From NCBI GenBank assembly GCA_963698715.1, contig CAVORW010000003.1, positions 294,670 to 358,669 of the forward strand: a stretch of DNA of 64,000 bases. The letters run 5' to 3'. The stretch comes from an uncultured Chloroflexia bacterium (GTDB lineage: Bacteria; Chloroflexota; Anaerolineae; Anaerolineales; UBA4823). Below are positions 56,052-64,000 of this stretch, in pieces. The notes under the pieces were generated by a model. The model saw nothing but the letters and a program-made list of their open reading frames with translations. It was not told where the DNA came from and ran no database searches. Each line of letters starts with the position of its first letter. The first letter of the stretch is position 1. A program made the translations under genes and the position numbers.

Positions 56052-57086
56052 ATGCCCAACTATAATCTCGCATTCCTTGGATTTGGTAATGTCGGTCAGG
56101 CGCTGGCCCGCCTGCTGCTCAAGAAACGGACAGAACTTGAGCGTGCTTACGACCTGACCTTCAGGGTTACCGGTCTGGCTACGGGCCGGCATGGATCGGC
56201 GATCGATCTTAATGGCCTGGATTTGGAAAAAGCGCTTGCTGTCATGTCTGGCGGGGGTTCATTAACCAGCCTGAGCAGAACTGATCTGCCTTTAGATAGC
56301 ATCGATTTCATCCGGCGCTGTGGCGCGCAGGTGTTGTTCGAGAATACTCCAGTCGATTATCATGCCGGGCAGCCTGCAATCAGCCATTTGCGCCTGGCGC
56401 TCCAATCGGGTATGCATGCCATTACTGCCAACAAAGGGCCGGTTGTTCATGCTTATCGGGAATTGAGTGAGCTGGCGGACCGAATGGGGGTGAAGTTTTA
56501 TTTTGAATCAACCGTTATGGACGGAGCGCCAATATTCTCTTTGTTCCGGGAGACCCTGCCCGCAGCCCGCATTCGCTCCTTGCGAGGCGTGCTGAATTCC
56601 ACTACGAATTTGATATTAAGCCGGATGGAAGCTGGCGAGGGTTTTGATGAAGCCGTTGCCTATGCTCAAAAGATTGGAATTGCCGAGACCGATCCCAGCG
56701 GTGATATCGATGGCTGGGATGCTGCAGTGAAGGTGGCAGCGTTAACCACTGTCATTTTGGGGGTCCCGATGAAACCAGACCAGGTGAACCGGCGCGGGAT
56801 TCGCGAGATCACCCAGGCTGAAATCCAGAGGGCACGCCGGGAGGGTGGCAGGTGGAAGCTGGTCTGTTCGGCAGTTCTGGAAGGAGATGAGGTGCGAGCG
56901 CAGGTATCCCCGGAAATCGTCCCTCATGATTTGCCTATGTATGGTGTGGAAGGGACCACCAGCATTGTGCAGTTCGAAAGTGATGTGCTCGGACTGCTCT
57001 CGATCATCGAATCGGATCCCGGCCCGCATACAACTGCTTATGGTTTGTTCGCCGATTTCCTGAACGCAGTTCGTTCAAGTTCATGA
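56052..57086 (+). CDS. hom: homoserine dehydrogenase family protein (no ACT domain)
   Basis: ATG at 56052 with AGGAG 6 nt upstream. NAD motif LAFLGFGNVGQAL. The catalytic domain reads FESTVMDGAPIF...GVLNSTTNLILSRM...AQKIGIAETDPSGDIDGWDAAVK. Confidence 0.75.
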   Translation: MPNYNLAFLGFGNVGQALARLLLKKRTELERAYDLTFRVTGLATGRHGSAIDLNGLDLEKALAVMSGGGSLTSLSRTDLPLDSIDFIRRCGAQVLFENTPVDYHAGQPAISHLRLALQSGMHAITANKGPVVHAYRELSELADRMGVKFYFESTVMDGAPIFSLFRETLPAARIRSLRGVLNSTTNLILSRMEAGEGFDEAVAYAQKIGIAETDPSGDIDGWDAAVKVAALTTVILGVPMKPDQVNRRGIREITQAEIQRARREGGRWKLVCSAVLEGDEVRAQVSPEIVPHDLPMYGVEGTTSIVQFESDVLGLLSIIESDPGPHTTAYGLFADFLNAVRSSS

Positions 57087-57211
57087 GTGTACTTTATGCG
57101 CACCAGTAGGCCGCCTCAGCCTTGTAGCGCTGAACTTGATCTGGGGGTATTTAACTACAACAAAGCCACATAGAGCGGCTTGTCAGATAAAACCTCTGTT
57201 ATTTTACGACC

Positions 57212-58981
57212 CTATTTATCTTTGTCCAGCGCGCTGGGTACCTGAGTAACTTCCTGCTCTGCAGTAGCCTCTTCATCTTCGGGGGTTATTACTTCGTCGT
57301 CAGCTACAACAACTGCAACTATTTCAGTATTTGTTGCAGACGGTTGCCCGGATTCTGATTCTTGGGCGGTCGGGCTGGTATCAGCCGGGGGCGTTTCTGC
57401 CTCTGGCAGCTCTGCTCCGGCTGTCTCCACCTCGGGCGTTTCTGCCTCTGGCAGCCCTGCTTCGGCTGTCTCCATCTCGGGCGTTTCTGCCTCTGGCAGT
57501 TCTGCTTCGGCTGTCTCCACCTCGGGCGTTTCTGCCTCTGGCAGCTCTGCTACGGCTGTCTCCACCTCGGGCGTTTCTGCCTCTGGCAGCTCTGCTACGG
57601 CTGTCTCCACCTCGGGCGTTTCTGCCTCTGGCAGTTCTGCTTCGGCTGTCTCCGCCTCGGGCATTTCTGCTTCTGGCAGTTCTGCTTCGGCTGTTTCTAC
57701 CTCGGGCGTTTCTGCCTCTGGCAGCTCTGCTTCGGCTGTCTCCACTTCTTCGGGCGAATCGTTCTCAGGCTCTCCCGCCAGGGGCGCTTCCGCGTTCGGC
57801 TCCATTGCTTGGATTTCGTTCTCGGTCATCCAGGCGATCTGTTCTTCAATAGGCACGCGGCGCATACTTAATGAGATGCGTTCGCGGTCCGGGTCGATAT
57901 CCAGGATGCGGACCAGGATCCTCTCGCCGGCCTTTACCAGATCCTGGGGAGCGCCTGTGGCGGAGTAGCCAATCTCGCTCACATGTACCAGGCCTTCGAT
58001 GCCTTCAGATATTTCAACAAAGGCCCCAAAATCCAACACATTTTTGACTTCGCCTTCAATCACATCCCCGGGTGTAAACTGCTGTTCGAGTTGCTGCCAG
58101 GGGCTTGGAAGCAGGGCTTTTCGGCTCAAGCTGACCCGCTCTTGCTCCACATCGATTCCAATTACCTGGACCTGAATCTCGTCGCCGACTTTGAAAAGGT
58201 CTGATGGACGATCGACACGCTGCCAATCTAGCTCTGAAATATGAACCAGGCCATCAATACCGCCCAAGTCAACAAATACGCCAAATTTAACTGTGCTGCT
58301 GACCTTGCCAAGGATAATCTGGCGTTCCTCGAGTTCTTCCAGCCGTTTCTTGCGCTTCTCATATTCAGCAGCCAGAGCGGATAGAATTAAACGCTGGCGA
58401 TCACGGTCTACTTCGATGACCTTGACCAGCAATTTTTGCCCAATCATATCGTTCTTTAATTGGCGAGCTTGCTGGCTGTCCCGACGCCGCAGTTCAGCGA
58501 CTTGCGAATTTGGAATAAAAGCTCTTAAGCCTTCAAAATTACCCAGCAAGCCACCTCGATTTTCACCAATTACTTCCACTTCAAAAGTTAGCCCATTTTC
58601 CAGATATGTTTCAACCTGCTGCCAGCTTTTATATTCAAGGCCTTTATTTAAAGATACCAACAGGTCCTGGTCACCTACTGGTGTGCGCATGATACAGACC
58701 AGCACCTTGTTCCCATGGGAGAGGCTTGCCAGCAAATCCTTGGGTAGTAAATTTAGATCCCAAATTGGGACGATCGCATCTCGCTTAAGACCAATATCGA
58801 CCAGAATAGCATCATCATCAATCCTTAGGATGTTGCCTTCCAGGAACTGGCCTCGCTTGGGGCGTTCATAGTCATAGCCATCGAGGGCTTGTTCGAACCA
58901 TTTTGGGGTGATCTCTTCATTCTCATTCATAGTTGATGTGGTCAGACCAATATCGATGGCCTGAGTCTCCAGTGCCTGCAA
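57212..58981 (-). CDS. rpsA: ribosomal protein S1 homologue (four S1 domains) with a long acidic tandem-repeat C-terminal tail
   Basis: TTG start at 58981, 4 nt after AGGAGGA. S1-domain motifs repeat (GNILRIDDDAILVDIG, GKVSSTVKFGVFVDLGGIDGLVHISE, GEVKNVLDFGAFVEISEGIEGLVHVSE). The tail is described separately. Confidence 0.75.
   Translation of the reverse strand: MQALETQAIDIGLTTSTMNENEEITPKWFEQALDGYDYERPKRGQFLEGNILRIDDDAILVDIGLKRDAIVPIWDLNLLPKDLLASLSHGNKVLVCIMRTPVGDQDLLVSLNKGLEYKSWQQVETYLENGLTFEVEVIGENRGGLLGNFEGLRAFIPNSQVAELRRRDSQQARQLKNDMIGQKLLVKVIEVDRDRQRLILSALAAEYEKRKKRLEELEERQIILGKVSSTVKFGVFVDLGGIDGLVHISELDWQRVDRPSDLFKVGDEIQVQVIGIDVEQERVSLSRKALLPSPWQQLEQQFTPGDVIEGEVKNVLDFGAFVEISEGIEGLVHVSEIGYSATGAPQDLVKAGERILVRILDIDPDRERISLSMRRVPIEEQIAWMTENEIQAMEPNAEAPLAGEPENDSPEEVETAEAELPEAETPEVETAEAELPEAEMPEAETAEAELPEAETPEVETAVAELPEAETPEVETAVAELPEAETPEVETAEAELPEAETPEMETAEAGLPEAETPEVETAGAELPEAETPPADTSPTAQESESGQPSATNTEIVAVVVADDEVITPEDEEATAEQEVTQVPSALDKDK
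57388..57747 (-). repeat. in-frame tandem repeat, 45 nt x 8, encoding (EVETAEAELPEAETP)n
   Basis: The unit GGGCGTTTCTGCCTCTGGCAGCTCTGCTTCGGCTGTCTCCACCTC repeats head-to-tail eight times with only a few substitutions per copy. It lies inside the 3' part of the S1 gene. Confidence 0.9.
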
Positions 58982-59368
58982 ACGATCCTCCTATAGAGTA
59001 TGGATTTGGTTGAGTTCGGGATCGTCTATAGAGCCCGGACAAATTTAGAATAACTATGCCGGAACCTTGCCAGTCTGGCAAGCCTGGGCTAATTATTCGA
59101 CTGCCATATCGAAAGCGAGCGTAAAATGGAGGGGCCGGTCAGGGAAATATTAATTACCCCTGCATCAATGTTTTAGAGATGAAGGTATGAACGAGCATAC
59201 CTTGCTATACATTTAATCATAAGGCCTAAAACCCCCAAATGTGTGGCCAGCTTATCCAATAGCAGCACAAATTATTTGATTATTGTGTTCCATGCTTAAT
59301 ACACGACTTGAACACGATAAAAAATATACCAAACCTTGAGCAAAATGTCAAATTTAGGTGCAGCTTAG

Positions 59369-60941
59369 CAGCAATTCTAAATATGAGGTAGATTTTGAGA
59401 AGAAAAGCATGCAGGTGTCAAAAAGCGAGGTTTATGACAGCGTTGGGGTAATCGTTTCCGAAAAACCTCCGGGAAAGAATAGGATGCTTAGCTGCTGAAG
59501 TTCATCCTGGGCGCAAGCTGAAAGAACCGCCAACCGATGTTGGCAGCTTTTCGACAACCCCTGGCAATCAGTGGGGAGCATCATCAAGTATCCGGGATCA
59601 GTTCCAGGCCAACGAGCATAAAATGCAGCAAATGGTTCCAATTGTCAAAGAGCATGTAGCGCAACAAGGCCCGCAGGTCATTGAAGAAATCCTGGCGAGA
59701 CACTAACTCCTGGCGCAAAGCATGATATTGTTCGTCCAATAGGTCCAAGAGCGTATGGAACAGAAAAGCCAACAGGTTGAGGGTGAGCATGAAATTGGCC
59801 AGGAATTGTTCACCATGCCCGAAGTTATGTTCGAGATGATAGCCTTTGGTTTTGAGCACATTGTTGGTCTCATTTTCGCTCTTCCAACGTGCCCGGCCAT
59901 CCCGAACGATAGGAACGACATTGCTGCGGTTCAATTCATGATTGGTGATGAAGGTATTGTGGTACAGTCTTTTGCCCGTAGTTTCACGGGTAATCGTGAT
60001 TTCACACCAGTTGACCGACAGAGCCTCCTCCCCACGGCGTAAAGGGACCGCATTGACCCAACGGTATTGGTGGATTTCAGCATAACGCCCATTCCAGTGG
60101 CGCAGTTTCAACTGCTCAACTGCGTCCAGATTGGTCAGAAAATCAACCTGTTCATAGAGCGCGACATGCGAATCCGGCTTGCACACTAGCGTAAAGTTGA
60201 AGCCGTTCTCCAAAAACAAGCTGCAGATTGGCTGGCAGGCGTACAAATCATCACCCAACAATGTGTATTTGTGATCCTGATAGTGCGCAGCATTGCGCTT
60301 GACCCAGCGCTTGATCGCCGCCCGTTCGCAATCCTGCTTCTCATGCCCGTCTTGCGGGCTGACATATTCAGGTTCCAGCACCAGCACCCGGCTCTCGCCG
60401 GCCTTCACGATCACCGGCAAGATCGCATAATGGAGGTACAGTGTCTCGCCATTGGCTAGCTCTTGCCGGGAACAATTCGGACAGTGGATGTTCTGCGATG
60501 AAATCGTGCCCGTTCCATCACAGGAGATCAAATATTGCCCAGCATAACTGCTAAAGGCTTCCATGTGACCGCTGGCTTGCAGGGCCGCATGTCCTTTACT
60601 AAAGACCCCATACAGCAATTCCGGCTCTTGCGGATCCAGCAGGTAACGGATCTGGGCGTCACTGGGAATGCGCTCTGCTCCAAACAAGCTCTGCACGTTG
60701 CTTCTTCCTTTCGCCTTTTCTAGCAAACGTTGATACGCCAGGAAGGAACTCGACTGAGTGAAGAAGACCCCAAAGGCGCTTACTGCCGCATCCTTGATTT
60801 CATAACGCCTATTCTCCCCTGTGCGGTGATCTGGCAGCCTTTCAAAGCTCTGTGTTATCTCGTTTACTAGTTCGTCAAATATCTTGGAGGCTTTCATCCC
60901 CCTAGCTTATCATATGTTTTTTGCCATATTTAGAATTGCTG
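59369..60941 (-). mobile_element. insertion sequence (IS4-superfamily-like, family unassigned), apparently intact
   Basis: Perfect 17-bp terminal inverted repeats: CAGCAATTCTAAATATG (59369-59385) and CATATTTAGAATTGCTG (60925-60941). They are flanked by a perfect 9-bp direct repeat GCAGCTTAG (59360-59368 and 60942-60950). Confidence 0.8.
59584..60897 (-). CDS. DDE transposase (IS4-superfamily-like)
   Basis: 437 aa. Candidate catalytic positions are YLISCDGTG and LLGDDLYAC. RARWKSENETNNVLKTKGYHLEHNFGHG resembles the R..E...K signature. A CPNC zinc-finger-like motif is present. Confidence 0.75.
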   Translation of the reverse strand: MKASKIFDELVNEITQSFERLPDHRTGENRRYEIKDAAVSAFGVFFTQSSSFLAYQRLLEKAKGRSNVQSLFGAERIPSDAQIRYLLDPQEPELLYGVFSKGHAALQASGHMEAFSSYAGQYLISCDGTGTISSQNIHCPNCSRQELANGETLYLHYAILPVIVKAGESRVLVLEPEYVSPQDGHEKQDCERAAIKRWVKRNAAHYQDHKYTLLGDDLYACQPICSLFLENGFNFTLVCKPDSHVALYEQVDFLTNLDAVEQLKLRHWNGRYAEIHQYRWVNAVPLRRGEEALSVNWCEITITRETTGKRLYHNTFITNHELNRSNVVPIVRDGRARWKSENETNNVLKTKGYHLEHNFGHGEQFLANFMLTLNLLAFLFHTLLDLLDEQYHALRQELVSRQDFFNDLRALLRYMLFDNWNHLLHFMLVGLELIPDT

Positions 60942-61000
60942 GCAGCTTAGGGTCAATTCGGTTTGTGGTTTGCTTACCCAAGTATCCCAACTAGAAAGTT

Positions 61001-61049
61001 AATTTAGGTGTTATACGCAATACTTCGTACTGTGGATAACACCTAAATT
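61001..61049 (-). terminator. hairpin downstream of the aldo/keto reductase gene
   Basis: AATTTAGGTGTTAT (61001-61014) pairs perfectly with ATAACACCTAAATT (61036-61049). The loop is 21 nt. Confidence 0.45.
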
Positions 61050-61091
61050 CTATTCCCCCCAAAAGTTAACTGCATCCCCCAGGGCTACCAT

Positions 61092-61949
61092 TTAACCCGT
61101 GAAGATCGGTTCGTAATCCCCGACAGTGGCGATGATCGCTTCCTGTTGCTTATTGGACAAGCGAGTATAGTTTTCACAGGCATCCAAGACCAGCGGCAGG
61201 ACCTCAGGATCGCCGACTGTGCACAAACCGGTTATCGGTTGTGAGAGTACAAAGTTCACAGCAGCCTGAATCTCGTTTGGGCTGGTCATCGGCCGATACC
61301 AGGTGCGATGGCTGTGAGGCTGGTCTCCCCACGGTGAACTGGCAATCGATTTGATTGTCATGCAACCCACCTGCTTTTCCTGGCAAAGCTCGAGAAGAGC
61401 TTCTGTGTTCCGGCGATAATCAGGGTCAGCGTATTGAACAAAGTTGAGCGGGAATAACACGCTGTCAAATTCAAAACGGCGCAGGGCTTCAATAAAAATG
61501 GCTGGGGTATCCACACCGTGACCGGTGATGCCCACAAATCGCGTCAGTCCTGCCTGGCGCGCTTCCAGGATGGCATCTAACGCTCCGCCGGAACGGGTTG
61601 CCAGGTCCAATTCTTCGAAGGTCGTGATGGCGTGTATTTGATAAAGATCGAATGCTTCGGTTTTCAATCGTTCCAGAGAACGGCGAAGTTCTGCTGCTGC
61701 TCCGGCACGATCGCGCTCCATGGTCTTGCAACCCAGAAAGAAGCGATCGCGTGCCCGGACCATCCAGGGGCCCAGACGTTCTTCAGCGATGCCGTAAGAT
61801 GGTGCAACGTCAATATGGTTCACGCCAGCCGCGATGACCTGCTCCATGGTGGCGTCGGCCTGTTCTTGCGTTGCTCCTCCGAGCGCTACTGCACCGAAGA
61901 TCGCAACAGTGCTGTTGTGGCCTGTTGGTCCAAAAGGGCGGGTTTCCAT
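61092..61949 (-). CDS. aldo/keto reductase family oxidoreductase
   Basis: 285 aa. GVNHIDVAPSYG, LYQIHA, GITGHG. Confidence 0.85.
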   Translation of the reverse strand: METRPFGPTGHNSTVAIFGAVALGGATQEQADATMEQVIAAGVNHIDVAPSYGIAEERLGPWMVRARDRFFLGCKTMERDRAGAAAELRRSLERLKTEAFDLYQIHAITTFEELDLATRSGGALDAILEARQAGLTRFVGITGHGVDTPAIFIEALRRFEFDSVLFPLNFVQYADPDYRRNTEALLELCQEKQVGCMTIKSIASSPWGDQPHSHRTWYRPMTSPNEIQAAVNFVLSQPITGLCTVGDPEVLPLVLDACENYTRLSNKQQEAIIATVGDYEPIFTG

Positions 61950-62023
61950 CGTGTGTCTCCTTATGATTAATCTGTTCGAATATTCTTCTTAATAGGTGAG
62001 GCGCTCGGATCGCATATAACTGT

Positions 62024-62452
62024 TTACTCCCAGCCAAACTCACTGTACCAATTTCCAGAATGAAAATTCTTGAGCGCCTGGCGGATGTACGGGATCGTAT
62101 TGGATGGCAAGTGATCAAGCATCACCCATCTCAAATCATCACACTTGCCCGGTTCACAGTTGTGCGGCTCGCCTTGCCAGCTGTGAGAAGCGAGAAAAAA
62201 GTCAATCCTTTCTTCGTCAGACCTGCGCTGCATAACACCGACAACCTTAAGATCCTCAGGATCCAGCATAACTCCCACCTCTTCCTGTGCCTCGCGAACG
62301 GCAGCTTGCCGGACAGTTTCGTTGCCATTCAGGTGGCCGGCAACAACGCTGAAATTGCCATCTTCAAAACCAGTGTTGAACCGCCGCAATAGCAGTACTT
62401 TCCCTTTCCGAATTAGAAAAATGTGGGCGGTTACGGGAAATCGAATGCGCAA
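62024..62452 (-). CDS. NUDIX hydrolase
   Basis: Nudix box GHLNGNETVRQAAVREAQEEVGV. Confidence 0.8.
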   Translation of the reverse strand: MRIRFPVTAHIFLIRKGKVLLLRRFNTGFEDGNFSVVAGHLNGNETVRQAAVREAQEEVGVMLDPEDLKVVGVMQRRSDEERIDFFLASHSWQGEPHNCEPGKCDDLRWVMLDHLPSNTIPYIRQALKNFHSGNWYSEFGWE

Positions 62453-62470
62453 ATTTGCCTCCTGAACGAA

Positions 62471-63469
62471 TTAAATCATTCTGTGATCCAGGTACCACTG
62501 GTACGCTTCCATGATGGCCTGGCGGGTGGGCAGGGGCTCCGGCAGTGCCAGCTCAGATCTGGCCTTGTGAGTGTCGAAGTAAAAATAATAACCTGCTCGC
62601 CGCAAAGCCTCGCCAGTGACCGGCAGATTGAGCAATCGGTCAACCAGTCGGACCGGTCTGGACAGGAGTCGCACCAAGCGACCGGGAAGTTCCAGCCAGG
62701 GAGCCCGGACCCCGACAACGGCAGCAACCTGCTGCAAGAACTCAGTGTGGGGGAGGTTCTCGCCGCCCAGAATATAACGCTCGCCGGTGCGGCCGCGTTC
62801 GAGCGCCGCCAGGTGACCAGCCACCACATCCTGGATGTGAACCACGTTAAGGCCGCCCTCGATTGTGACGGGGAGCCTGCCTCGAGCGATCTGTACGATC
62901 AATTTACCGGATATCTGGTTGATATCGCCTGCCCCAATCACAACCGCCGGATTGACGATGACGACATCCTGACCGAGGGCGACTGCTTTTTGGACTTCCA
63001 GCTCAGCCTGGTATTTTGCGTAACCGTACTGCCAGTCTGCGGGCGAGAGATTCCAGGTATGGTTTTCGTTGATGGTTGGCCGCCGGTGATTGCCAGCCCG
63101 ATGTTCTTCTGGGAGCCCCAAGGCTGCCACGGAGCTGGTGTGCACCACCCTCCCGATGCCTGCCTGAGCAGCAGCTTGCAGTACATTGCGGGTTCCGTCA
63201 ATCGTGGTCGCCTGGTGCGAACCGGCCCGGCGTGTGCCGACCCGGGCTGCAGCATGAAAGACGACCTCGACGTCCTGCATAGCAGCTACCAGTGTTTCCG
63301 GTTGGGTAATATCGCCGATCGCATGTTCGACCGGTAGATTTTCCAGCGCCAATAATGGGCTGGTTGATCGGTGAAAGGCGCGCACCTGGTGCCCTTCGGC
63401 AGCCAGAGCCTGGCAGAGCCGGGAACCGATGAAACCGGTAGACCCGGTAACCAACACCCGCAAGCCCAT
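62471..63469 (-). CDS. NAD-dependent epimerase/dehydratase (extended SDR; dihydroflavonol-reductase/HpnA-like)
   Basis: I prefer the ATG at 63467-63469 (MGLRVLVTGSTGFIGSRL). The catalytic YxxxK is present in YGYAKYQAE. Confidence 0.8.
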   Translation of the reverse strand: MGLRVLVTGSTGFIGSRLCQALAAEGHQVRAFHRSTSPLLALENLPVEHAIGDITQPETLVAAMQDVEVVFHAAARVGTRRAGSHQATTIDGTRNVLQAAAQAGIGRVVHTSSVAALGLPEEHRAGNHRRPTINENHTWNLSPADWQYGYAKYQAELEVQKAVALGQDVVIVNPAVVIGAGDINQISGKLIVQIARGRLPVTIEGGLNVVHIQDVVAGHLAALERGRTGERYILGGENLPHTEFLQQVAAVVGVRAPWLELPGRLVRLLSRPVRLVDRLLNLPVTGEALRRAGYYFYFDTHKARSELALPEPLPTRQAIMEAYQWYLDHRMI

Positions 63470-63479
63470 CAGCCGTCCT

Positions 63480-64000
63480 TCAATCCAGCCATTCGATGAT
63501 GGTCGCTTCGCCCTGGCCCACACCCACGCACAAAGTTGCCAGGCCATAATAAGGACGTTTTTCCTGCGGAGCGCGCCGCCGCATTTCGTGCACCAACGTC
63601 GTAAGGATGCGGGCTCCTGAGCAGCCTAAAGGATGGCCGAGAGCGATGGCGCCACCATTGACGTTGGTGATCTCTGGGTCCATGTCCAACTCGCGCATGA
63701 CAGCCAGGGATTGAACGGCAAAGGCCTCGTTCAGCTCGATCAGGCCGATCTGATCCAAAGTCAGTCCAGCCCGCGCCAGGGCTTTGCGGGTGGCTGGCAC
63801 CGGGCCTAATCCCATCGTCCGGGGAGGCACCCCGGCTGCTGCCGAGGCAACAATCCGCGCCAGCGGTTTATAACCCAAGCCGGCAGCTTTATCGGCGTTC
63901 ATCAGTAAAATGGCTGCCGCGCCATCGTTGAGTCCGGAAGAATTGCCGGCAGTAACGCTGCCTCCCTCACGGAAAGCGGGCCGCAGGCGTGCCAGAGCTT
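63480..64000 (-). CDS. acetyl-CoA C-acetyltransferase (thiolase), C-terminal part; the 5' end runs off the window
   Basis: The frame stays open upstream of the track ORF to position 64000 ([33 protein letters not shown]...). C-terminal thiolase signatures are [26 protein letters not shown] and [10 protein letters not shown]. Confidence 0.85.
   Translation of the reverse strand, partial: ALARLRPAFREGGSVTAGNSSGLNDGAAAILLMNADKAAGLGYKPLARIVASAAAGVPPRTMGLGPVPATRKALARAGLTLDQIGLIELNEAFAVQSLAVMRELDMDPEITNVNGGAIALGHPLGCSGARILTTLVHEMRRRAPQEKRPYYGLATLCVGVGQGEATIIEWLD

Noticed and set aside
57331-57871. The regular 45-nt periodicity, which might be a CRISPR array, and two long + strand ORFs made of LPLAALLRLSPPRAF-type repeats.
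   Set aside because: The units are directly adjacent with no spacers, and they are in frame within the minus-strand S1 gene. The + strand ORFs are simply the antisense reading of the same tandem repeat.
59432-59641. 69-aa ORF inside the second IS, downstream of and overlapping the transposase 3' end.
   Set aside because: It overlaps the transposase C-terminus and extends towards the terminal repeat. It has no motif and is most likely spurious.

Overview
This is a 64-kb chromosomal segment of mid-to-high GC. It holds about 48 protein-coding genes, mostly metabolic, transport and regulatory. The gene content suggests a Chloroflexota-like bacterium: an ISKra4-type IS, a SARP-AAA-TPR regulator, and an Actinobacteria/Chloroflexi-type kinase-like/DUF3090/phosphomutase trio. 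This taxonomic call is inference only and could not be tested here.

Recognisable genes include:
- a truncated L-lactate permease;
- a two-subunit CoA-transferase;
- a P5C/aldehyde dehydrogenase;
- a MacB-type ABC exporter operon with two tandem HlyD-type adaptors;
- a hybrid GAF-PAS-GAF histidine kinase;
- galT and aspA;
- two paralogous CPA2/RCK antiporters;
- a Pat-like acetyl-CoA synthetase/GNAT fusion;
- a GntR regulator next to a non-Pyl MttB-family methyltransferase;
- rarA, homoserine dehydrogenase, a ribosomal protein S1 homologue, and a truncated thiolase.

Mobile DNA consists of two apparently intact IS elements, each with terminal inverted repeats and target-site duplications I could read directly. 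Two roughly 80-100 bp MITE-like elements carry the terminal repeat of the first IS.

At least three genes look decayed: a NarL-type response regulator, a vWA lipoprotein, and a 2-hydroxyacid dehydrogenase with a 5' frameshift. There is also one possible transposase relic.

I recognised no rRNA, tRNA or CRISPR array by eye.

I did not find a convincing brand-new system. The best candidates for follow-up are:
- the functionally unassigned three-gene cassette at 53.7-56.0 kb;
- the SARP-STAND regulator / small coupled ORF / secreted beta-helix-PKD protein cluster at 19.4-26.0 kb;
- the ISKra4-like IS with its MITE family, which sits upstream of both antiporter paralogues;
- the S1 protein with a 45-nt x 8 tandem-repeat acidic tail;
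- a structured leader with an intrinsic terminator upstream of a YedF-like gene.

All family assignments come from motif recognition by eye. No searches were run.
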